Assembly (NCBI GenBank): GCA_019753235.1
Contig: JAIELF010000006.1
Location: 27,041 to 91,040 of the forward strand
DNA length: 64,000 bases
Direction of reading: 5' to 3'
From: a bacterium
Lineage (GTDB): Bacteria > Planctomycetota > Planctomycetia > Kolteriales > Kolteriaceae
A program made the translations under genes and the position numbers. This document shows positions 57,508 to 64,000 of this stretch, one piece after another (the stretch's first letter is position 1; each line of letters opens with the position of its first letter). Below the pieces are notes generated by a model. It saw nothing but the letters and a program-made list of their open reading frames with translations. It did not search any database and was not told the DNA's origin.

Positions 57508-58352
57508 CGGTGCCTCGCGAAGGCGATCTCGCGCAGTCCCTCAAGGACCAAGGCGGGCTGATTTTGATGGGAGGCCTTTAGCCCGCGGGAAAGCAGGTCT
57601 GCATCGCCACCGGTCAGAAAGACTTCCGCTTTTGGATGGATGATCAGGAGTTCGTGAATCAGTCGATCAATGGCGCCGACGCCGGCGTAATAGATTCCCA
57701 GTCTCATGGCCGAGATAGTGCTTCGGCCGGGTACGGTCGGGAGAAATCGGTCCGTCCCATCCACGCCTTGCGATTCGGGTGGGGGAGGACACGTGATGCG
57801 GGGGAGGGCGGCGGTTCCCTCGTGGAGTGATCTGGCCATCAAGCCGAGCCCGGGCAGGATTGCTCCTCCCTGAAATGCCCCGTCACGAGTCATCAAGTTC
57901 ACGGTGATCGCCGATCCACAGGTGACCACAATCACATCTTGGCCGGGCGATTGGCAAAGGGCGGCCAAGCTAGCAAGGATGCGATCGACACCCGTTGTGC
58001 GCGGGGTATCAACGCCGCAACCAACGAGGCCTTCTTCAAAAAGAGACCCATCACTTTCGTACACGCGACCAACGTCGATCGATCGCGAGAGAAGGACTTC
58101 TCGAAGTCGATCCGAGGCCGTTTTGTTCACGGTGGCGATGAAAGCTCGGCGGAAGGGACGTTCGCTGAGGGCTAAGTCGACGAACTCTTCGACCGTTTCG
58201 GAAGAGTGGTGCCGTGCGACGCGAACGCCGTCGACAGAGCCTTTACCGAACCAACCCGCCTTAATGGTGGAGTTGCCGACATCAAAACCCACCGAATCTG
58301 TCGGCACGTTCATCCCCGCGATCACTCCCGCAATAATGGCAACGCGGGCCAT
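57504..58352 (-). CDS. coaX: type III pantothenate kinase
   Basis: GFDVGNSTIK, TGVDRILA, CGSAITVN, GGAILPG, LTGGDA. Alternative ATG at 58313. Its stop overlaps the MnmE-like ATG (ATGA). Confidence 0.9.
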   Translation of the reverse strand: MARVAIIAGVIAGMNVPTDSVGFDVGNSTIKAGWFGKGSVDGVRVARHHSSETVEEFVDLALSERPFRRAFIATVNKTASDRLREVLLSRSIDVGRVYESDGSLFEEGLVGCGVDTPRTTGVDRILASLAALCQSPGQDVIVVTCGSAITVNLMTRDGAFQGGAILPGLGLMARSLHEGTAALPRITCPPPPESQGVDGTDRFLPTVPGRSTISAMRLGIYYAGVGAIDRLIHELLIIHPKAEVFLTGGDADLLSRGLKASHQNQPALVLEGLREIAFARHR

Positions 58353-58472
58353 TCTATGGAAGAAGCCTGCGAGATCGGATGGCGCTTCAAAAAGCGACGC
58401 GAGCGAAGCCGATCGGCCCCGCCCACGTCTTTTTCAACCTGTTCACCCCCCCGGGCGGACAAGGCTTCCCTT

Positions 58473-58784
58473 TTACGATTCGAAATCAGATTCGGATTGG
58501 TCCTCAATAGGCATCTGGCGTCGTCGGCGGGGCCGACGAGTCTTGGCCCAGACTTCGGTGAGGGCCGCGTACGCGTCGGGCGCTTCATATCGGACGACCG
58601 CCGGGCCGTCGGAAATCGGCCCGATCAGTCCCTTGAAGACCGGCTCGCCGTGCAGCCGAAGGGTGTAGCTGTCCTCTTCAACGCCAATCTGCTCGAATTG
58701 ATGGGCCAACTCGACAGGCTCCTGGAAATCCTGCTCCACAAACTTGCCTGCCTTGGTCATGGTCACCACGCGGTAGACGGGCAT
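58473..58784 (-). CDS. hypothetical 103-aa protein
   Basis: ATG ORF with coding-like composition and a basic/acidic C-terminal tail (RRPRRRRQMPIEDQSESDFES). No family recognised. Confidence 0.5.
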   Translation of the reverse strand: MPVYRVVTMTKAGKFVEQDFQEPVELAHQFEQIGVEEDSYTLRLHGEPVFKGLIGPISDGPAVVRYEAPDAYAALTEVWAKTRRPRRRRQMPIEDQSESDFES

Positions 58785-59085
58785 TTTTCGATTACCTCGC
58801 TCGTGTGGGTATCGGGGCCACGGATCGTGATCGACGGAATTCTTTCCCGCCGATCGGTCCCGGACAACCCTGTTATTGAGTTATCGACAACCTTTCTTCC
58901 CGGATCGATCCTCAGAAGTGCTTCGCTCGTTTCCAACGGAGACGAGTCGACCGATTCTCGGGGCGTTCCTTGCGAACGTCCAAATCTAGAACAAGACCTC
59001 GACTGGGTGCGGTCGGGAAAAATGCATTTCTCGAAATCACCGAATCTATTCGAAGCGAGGGAATTCGAAACGAGGATTCGCTCCC

Positions 59086-60165
59086 TCACTTAATCCACGC
59101 GCCGCCGAGCACTTGTGCGTTGCGATAAAAGACAACTGCTTGGCCCGGGGTGACCGCCTGCTGAGGAGTATCAAAAGCGATCTCAATCTCTCCTTGATCG
59201 CGCGGCCTGATGTTGGCGGCAGCGGGTTGATGCAAGTATCGGATCTTTACGTCGGCACGGATCGACTCGCTCGGCTCGGGTTCGATCAACCAATTCACTC
59301 GCTCGGCTTCGAGCCTATCCTGAGCGAGCAACTCTCGCGGGCCGATCACGACCTGATTCGTTTCTGTTTTCAATTCGACGACGTAGCGAGGCTCGCCGAA
59401 CGCCAGGCCGAGCCCCTTGCGTTGACCGATCGTGTAGTGGCTTAGCCCCGCGTGCTGGCCCAATTTGTTCCCGGCCGGATCGACGACGTCTCCCGCGGAT
59501 TCCTGACGATTCGGGCGATGCTTTTGGAGAAAATCCTGATAATTCCCGCTCGGGACGAAGCAGATCTCTTGGCTGTCGGGCTTCTGAGCCAGGGGCAATT
59601 GGTACTCGGTGGCAAGCTGCCGAACTCTCTCTTTCTGCAAATGACCGACCGGCATCAAGATCCGCGACAACAAGTCCGGCCGGATGCCAAACAGAAAGTA
59701 GGACTGGTCCTTCGTGAGGTCGGCCCCGCGAAACAGCCCGGGCCGGCCAGCCGCGTCGGGAAGGACCTGCGCATAGTGCCCCGTGGCGATAAACTCGGCA
59801 TCGACGGACTCAGCATATTCCCACAATTTGCCAAACTTTAGCCAGGTGTTGCAGACGACGCACGGATTGGGTGTTCGGCCGCGAAGGTATTCGTCCGCAA
59901 AGTAGTCCTTGATGCGACCGAACTCTTCCGAGAAGTTCAACGAGTAAAAGGGAATACCAAGCCGATCCGCGACCCGACGCGCGTCGGCAGCGTCGATGGC
60001 GCTGCAGCAACCCCGAATCTTATTGCTGGTGGCGGGGGCATCATCATGAGCCCCGGTTCGCATGAAGAGACCGACAACGTCGTAGCCCTCGTCCGCTAGC
60101 AGACAGGCGCTCACGGAACTATCGACCCCGCCACTCATGGCCAGGACCACGCGTCCCTTTCCCAT
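59086..60165 (-). CDS. mnmA: tRNA 2-thiouridine(34) synthase
   Basis: 359 aa from ATG 60165 (MGKGRVVLAMSGGVDSSVSA PP-loop). NPCVVCN, ATGHYA. The 92 upstream codons of the track ORF overlap the epimerase gene and are rejected. Confidence 0.92.
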   Translation of the reverse strand: MGKGRVVLAMSGGVDSSVSACLLADEGYDVVGLFMRTGAHDDAPATSNKIRGCCSAIDAADARRVADRLGIPFYSLNFSEEFGRIKDYFADEYLRGRTPNPCVVCNTWLKFGKLWEYAESVDAEFIATGHYAQVLPDAAGRPGLFRGADLTKDQSYFLFGIRPDLLSRILMPVGHLQKERVRQLATEYQLPLAQKPDSQEICFVPSGNYQDFLQKHRPNRQESAGDVVDPAGNKLGQHAGLSHYTIGQRKGLGLAFGEPRYVVELKTETNQVVIGPRELLAQDRLEAERVNWLIEPEPSESIRADVKIRYLHQPAAANIRPRDQGEIEIAFDTPQQAVTPGQAVVFYRNAQVLGGAWIK

Positions 60166-60182
60166 CTTTGATGCTACCTCAT

Positions 60183-61202
60183 CTACTTGGAATGGGAGAC
60201 CGGTCGAGCTGTGCCGGTCACCTTCCCCTGTTGCCTGAGCCAATCGATTGTTTTGGCCATCCCCTCGTCGAAACTGGTTTGGCCGACGTAGCCCAGTGTT
60301 TTCTTTGCCTTGGCGATACTGTAGTCGAGATTCAGGCCCATGAATTTTAGCCGAGCCATGCTCAGGACCGGCTGAAAGTTCAAGGCCTTGCCTGCCGCCT
60401 CGAAGGTGCTGCACATGAACCGCGCGAACCACATCGGCCAAGTCGCCAATGGTCGAGGCAAGCCCGCCAGGTCGGCAATCCGTTCGAAAAAGACCTTTTT
60501 CGTCACCGTCTCCGGATCGGTGATGTTGAAGGCTTCGCCCAATGGCGACCGAGGGTCGAGCGCCAACTCGATCGCTTCCACGACATTGCCGACGTAGACG
60601 TTATTGAGCCTCTTCTCTCTGCTGCCGAAATAAGTCACGAGCCGAGCCTTCAGGTTCGCGAGAATGCGCGGCATGACGGTTTCGTCGCGCGGGCCGTAGA
60701 TGAATCCGGGCCGAATGATGATCAACGGTAGTTTCTTCTCGCGGTAGTAGGTCATCGCGAGATTTTCCGCTTCGACTTTCGTCTGTGTGTATCCGTCGAT
60801 ATGAGCGGCGGGCAACGGGGTGGCTTCGTCCGTGCCATGATGATCGCGTGCCTCGTAAACACCCAGCGAGCTGACCAGCACGAAACGAGCGACGCCCTCG
60901 GCAAGGGCCGCATCCATCAGCACCCGCAGGGCATCGACATTTATCTTGCGGTACTCATCGACAGGGCCCCAATCCCCCACTTTTGCGGCACAATGAACGA
61001 CGGCATTGACCCCGACGCAGGATCGCCTGACCGCGGTCGCGTCGGCAAGGTCGCCCGCGATGATATCCACGCCCCAGCCCTGCAGAAGTCTTGTCTTGCC
61101 GGCCGATCGAGCGATGGCTCGGACCTGCCAACCTTTGCCTGCGAGAGTCTCCGCCACGTGGCTGCCAAGAAATCCCGTCGCACCCGTCACCAATACTCTC
61201 AT
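60183..61202 (-). CDS. NAD-dependent epimerase/dehydratase (extended SDR, 3-beta-HSD-like)
   Basis: MRVLVTGATGFLGSH Rossmann motif and a YTQTK catalytic Y..K. 339 aa. Confidence 0.88.
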   Translation of the reverse strand: MRVLVTGATGFLGSHVAETLAGKGWQVRAIARSAGKTRLLQGWGVDIIAGDLADATAVRRSCVGVNAVVHCAAKVGDWGPVDEYRKINVDALRVLMDAALAEGVARFVLVSSLGVYEARDHHGTDEATPLPAAHIDGYTQTKVEAENLAMTYYREKKLPLIIIRPGFIYGPRDETVMPRILANLKARLVTYFGSREKRLNNVYVGNVVEAIELALDPRSPLGEAFNITDPETVTKKVFFERIADLAGLPRPLATWPMWFARFMCSTFEAAGKALNFQPVLSMARLKFMGLNLDYSIAKAKKTLGYVGQTSFDEGMAKTIDWLRQQGKVTGTARPVSHSK

Positions 61203-61316
61203 GCAGACCTCTTGCGTGTGGCCTTCATCCCTCTCACGGAGTCGTTTTATAAACGATCAAGGCGAAGCTTGCCCGCGGGATGTAGGTTGGGTGAAGGAAC
61301 ATGGGGCAAGGGGGGG

Positions 61317-62213
61317 TTAGGAACCGGGGGATTCGCTCGAATCGACCGTCGCGAGGCGAATCCGCTGAGCGCCGGCTTCACTGGCAGCATCGTAGGCCCG
61401 GACGACAGTCTCATGATGAGCGGCGCCGGCCGCCTTGATGATCACCTCGTTCATGCCCGTCTCGTTGATCTCGCGACGCAAAAGTTCATCGAGTTCTGAG
61501 GGGGGGACGGTCCGATCGTTGAGCAAAACCGAGTTATCGGCAAGAACCTCCACGATCACATTATCATCGCGAAGATCTTCCATCGTCGGGGCCTGTTTGG
61601 CGGATTGCTCTTGAGAACTGGGCGGGGGCGTCTCGATCGACTTTTGCGGTGCGTACGCGAGTGTCACCATGAAAAAGAAGATCAACAGAAAGGTGACGTC
61701 GGCCATCGCCGTCAGATCGAGATCCTCGTCGTGACGCTTTCGCGATCGGATGGGACTCGATGCATCGTACTCGACCGGCTTGGCTTTTCGCAGGGGAGGG
61801 GGCTGAACCCGCGAACGCCGAGCGGAATCTCTGGATGATGCATCTGGAGAGGGCTCCATCGAGAGCCCATGGCTTGGCAACTGGGGCCAACGGCCTTGAT
61901 CCATCTCGACGGGAACAGTCTCGGAGAGTGGGTTGGCCGGGCGAAGGAGTCGGCTCGGCGGCTTCAGCGGGGTCGGCTCGGCTTGCGTGGGATTCTCTTC
62001 GCGAAGTTTTTTTCGCGTCGCCGAGTCGGGCATCTCGTCGCGCCAGACATTGTTGGGCAAGTCGGCAATTCGCGTCCATTCGGATTGGCCAGTAGGTCGA
62101 ATCGAATCGTTCGGAAGAAGTTTTCCCTTTTCGATCATCCTTCGAATGCGATACTCTTCGACGCGATAGGCAACCTGATTCGTTTCACTTTTGAGAACAT
62201 CCCACAACGTCAT
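61317..62213 (-). CDS. ExbD/TolR-family protein with an N-terminal GYF_2-like domain and a long Pro/Ser-rich linker
   Basis: N-terminus WDVLKSETNQVAYRVEEYRIRRMIEKGKLLPNDSIRPTGQSEWTRIADLP (GYF_2/DUF4339-like pattern). TM MADVTFLLIFFFMV. C-terminal ExbD fold (VIVEVLADNSVLLNDRTV ... IIKAAGAAHHETVVRAYDAASEAG). Confidence 0.8.
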   Translation of the reverse strand: MTLWDVLKSETNQVAYRVEEYRIRRMIEKGKLLPNDSIRPTGQSEWTRIADLPNNVWRDEMPDSATRKKLREENPTQAEPTPLKPPSRLLRPANPLSETVPVEMDQGRWPQLPSHGLSMEPSPDASSRDSARRSRVQPPPLRKAKPVEYDASSPIRSRKRHDEDLDLTAMADVTFLLIFFFMVTLAYAPQKSIETPPPSSQEQSAKQAPTMEDLRDDNVIVEVLADNSVLLNDRTVPPSELDELLRREINETGMNEVIIKAAGAAHHETVVRAYDAASEAGAQRIRLATVDSSESPGS

Positions 62214-62662
62214 TCCCTTTCTCCTTGAACCGCAATGACGAAGCGGGACACTTCCCCCTGTCGCGCAACCAGTTGAGCGACTTCATTGACGAATCGGTGA
62301 GGGACAAGCCGCTCGGCTTTGACCATCACATCTTTTCTGCCGGCCTTCATGCCGGCCGCGATGTACGTCGCGACTTCATCGATGCTCCCCTTGTTGCCGA
62401 ACCCGTTCCCCAAAACAAATCGCGCCGGCTCGCGGGCAACATCCTCGGCCAAGATCGTGACAATCGTCGATCGATCGGGATCAACGCCCATGAAGTGCCG
62501 GGCCGAGGGAGTGTCGACCTGTGTTCGGCTATTGAGAGCGGTCGAGTAAATCAGAAAGATGAGGAGCAAAAGGACGACGTCGATCAAGTTGGTGAAGTCG
62601 ATCTCACCCCGATCGCGAGTTTGCGGTCGCGTGAAGAAATCGTCGTCGGTCCAACCTGGCAT
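62210..62662 (-). CDS. exbD: ExbD/TolR-family biopolymer transport protein
   Basis: ATG 62662 lies 7 nt after AAGGAG. TM LIDVVLLLLIFLI. C-terminal VMVKAERLVPHRFVNEVAQLV. Its stop overlaps the next ExbD ATG (ATGA). Confidence 0.85.
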   Translation of the reverse strand: MPGWTDDDFFTRPQTRDRGEIDFTNLIDVVLLLLIFLIYSTALNSRTQVDTPSARHFMGVDPDRSTIVTILAEDVAREPARFVLGNGFGNKGSIDEVATYIAAGMKAGRKDVMVKAERLVPHRFVNEVAQLVARQGEVSRFVIAVQGERE

Positions 62663-62773
62663 CGCCGGCTCCTTTCGCGAACAGTGTTTCGAAACAGGCA
62701 GGCCGCTTTCTCGCAATCAAGCCATTATCCCCGTAATCGCTCGGCGCGGCATCGATCCTCTTTCTTCGCTCCC

Positions 62774-63421
62774 TCATGCGGCGTTACTGGTGCTTTCGAC
62801 ATCATCGAGGACGACTTGCAATCCTTCGATGGTGCTGTCTTCAAGGTTGCGCATGCGCACTTCGATGATGCTTTGAATCACTGTCATGGGAAAGGCGACG
62901 ATTAGACCGATCGCCGTCGCCACCAGAGCCAAACTGATGTCGGCCCCGAGTGCCGATGGATCGACCTGCTCGGCCGAGCCTATTTTGCCGAAGGCCCCGA
63001 TCATGCCCGAGACCGTTCCCAACAAGCCCAGCATCGGTTCTCCTTTCGCGACCGTGCCGATTGTGGCTCGCTGATTTTCGATGGAACTGCGAACTTCCCG
63101 GTCGAACGTTGCTGCGAGCGTTTGCCGAAGCTTGACAGGAGGAAGATGCCGCTTGCCGATCGCGGTTTTCGCGAGAATGGGGACCGCCCGGGCAAGGTGA
63201 TTGGGGTCATCACAAAGTTGGCTGGCGGCATCGAAATCCCCCTCTTCAATCTGCGTCCGAACCGTGTCGAGAAAACTATCACGAGCTTGCTCGGTTGGAA
63301 AACGCCGACGACGAAATTGGCGAAAGACGAAGTAGACCGCATAGATCCCCCACACCGCCAGCGCGAGTTGCGCGATGTAGACGAAGTTGTGCAGTTGATG
63401 CAGGATGGAGCTGATCTCCAT
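62774..63421 (-). CDS. exbB: MotA/TolQ/ExbB proton-channel family protein
   Basis: 215 aa, 3 TM, GLLGTVSGMIGAF and LALVATAIGLIVAFP motifs. Confidence 0.9.
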   Translation of the reverse strand: MEISSILHQLHNFVYIAQLALAVWGIYAVYFVFRQFRRRRFPTEQARDSFLDTVRTQIEEGDFDAASQLCDDPNHLARAVPILAKTAIGKRHLPPVKLRQTLAATFDREVRSSIENQRATIGTVAKGEPMLGLLGTVSGMIGAFGKIGSAEQVDPSALGADISLALVATAIGLIVAFPMTVIQSIIEVRMRNLEDSTIEGLQVVLDDVESTSNAA

Positions 63422-63437
63422 AGTCTTCCCCTCGCTG

Positions 63438-64000
63438 TTAGCGAATGTAGGTGATGCCGATCACATAAAACTCGAACGTCTTGTTTTCGGACGATCGAAC
63501 GCCGAACTCGGTTTTTCGAATTCGCGCGATCGGTTGTTTCGCCTCTTGCTTTTCTAGGGCGGCAAGCTGTTGTTCCACTTGAGTGCTGAAGAATTGAACG
63601 ACGATAGCCCCCGCGGTGGCGACCCCTTTCTCGCGTAAGAGATCGATATCTGCCTTCCGCCGAGCGTTGTCCTGCCACTGAAAGAAAAGTCGGCTTTCCG
63701 TCGCGGCTCCCTTGCGAATGACCGCGTTTCCTCGGGCGAGTTGGGAGACCAGCGTCAACTCTTTGCCACGAACGACGCCCAGTTCGATTCCAAAAAAGTC
63801 GAGGGCGGCGGCGTACTCCGAAAGACTCTGACTTGGATAGCGAATGTCCCAACGTGAATGATTCGGGATCCCCCCTTTGCCCCGACCCGACCCTTCTTTC
63901 CCTTCGCCACCAGGCAATCCAGGCCGCCCCGAGCCGGGCTGGCCAGAACGCTGACTCGGATCTGATAGGTCGATCTCACTGTTGGCGGCGGCATCGAGCA
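63438..64000 (-). CDS. hypothetical protein, 5' end outside the window
   Basis: The track gives a TTG start at 63917, but my translation shows the frame stays open to position 64000 (…LDAAANSEIDLSDPSQRSGQPGSGRPG-LPGGEGKEGSGRGKGG…). It has a Gly-rich linker and then a globular C-terminal domain. It is 16 nt upstream of exbB. Confidence 0.55.
   Translation of the reverse strand, partial: LDAAANSEIDLSDPSQRSGQPGSGRPGLPGGEGKEGSGRGKGGIPNHSRWDIRYPSQSLSEYAAALDFFGIELGVVRGKELTLVSQLARGNAVIRKGAATESRLFFQWQDNARRKADIDLLREKGVATAGAIVVQFFSTQVEQQLAALEKQEAKQPIARIRKTEFGVRSSENKTFEFYVIGITYIR

Noticed and set aside
58785-59085. 300-nt gap downstream of mnmA, examined for a tRNA, small RNA or terminator
   Set aside because: There is no cloverleaf-like conserved tRNA motif. 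Only an imperfect hairpin (GAGGGA…TCCCTC) without a T-tract is present, so there is not enough to call a feature.
60166-60441. 92-codon N-terminal extension of mnmA
   Set aside because: It overlaps the epimerase gene and has no MnmA counterpart. The PP-loop N-terminus begins at ATG 60165.
1-64000. Window-wide look for rRNA, tRNA, tmRNA, RNase P, CRISPR repeats, transposases, integrases, phage genes and defence systems
   Set aside because: I recognised none by eye. Every gap over 150 nt was read on both strands. A tRNAscan, Infernal or CRISPR-finder run is still needed to exclude small RNAs.

Overview
This is a 64-kb, moderately GC-rich, densely coding bacterial chromosomal segment. By eye I found no rRNA, tRNA, CRISPR array, transposase or integrase. 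The gene content suggests a Planctomycetota (Pirellulales-like) genome, but that is inference only. It rests on a PVC-type CxxCH dehydrogenase/HEAT protein, several DevBCA-type exporter genes, an ExbB-ExbD-ExbD set, many signal-peptide or lipoprotein hypotheticals, and frequent 1-4 nt start/stop overlaps. Recognised housekeeping genes are purH, folD, cysE, hisC, pyrC-pyrB, glgC, maf, coaX and mnmA. The main feature is a lipid/polyketide island of about 22 kb (roughly 25.4-48.2 kb). It contains: (1) a 9.4-kb single-module, fully reducing type I PKS with a fatty-acyl-AMP-ligase (FAAL) loading domain and a cyclopropane/mycolic-acid-synthase-family (CMAS) methyltransferase domain between FAAL and the first ACP (FAAL-CMAS-ACP-KS-AT-DH-ER-KR-ACP, no release domain); (2) a divergent operon encoding a HlyD/DevB-like protein, a DevC-like permease and a type II thioesterase; (3) a secreted glutathione peroxidase; (4) a polyprenyl-phosphate-type GT2 glycosyltransferase; (5) an unassigned 255-aa protein; (6) a second, translationally coupled devB-devC-devC-devA-like operon whose ATPase carries a C-terminal cyclic-nucleotide-binding domain and which is preceded by a 61-aa ribbon-helix-helix-like protein. 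By analogy with the cyanobacterial heterocyst-glycolipid system (hgl PKS, HglT, DevBCA), I propose that the island makes and exports an envelope lipid or glycolipid. This is a hypothesis and I cannot verify its novelty without database searches. Other points worth a second look are a two-component permease pair with His-rich loops in both subunits, a hyper-acidic 123-aa protein, a C-terminally truncated MnmE-like GTPase, an ExbD with an N-terminal GYF-like domain, and a roughly 920-codon gene at the left edge that the ORF track misses. Family accessions are quoted from memory. No computation or search was run.
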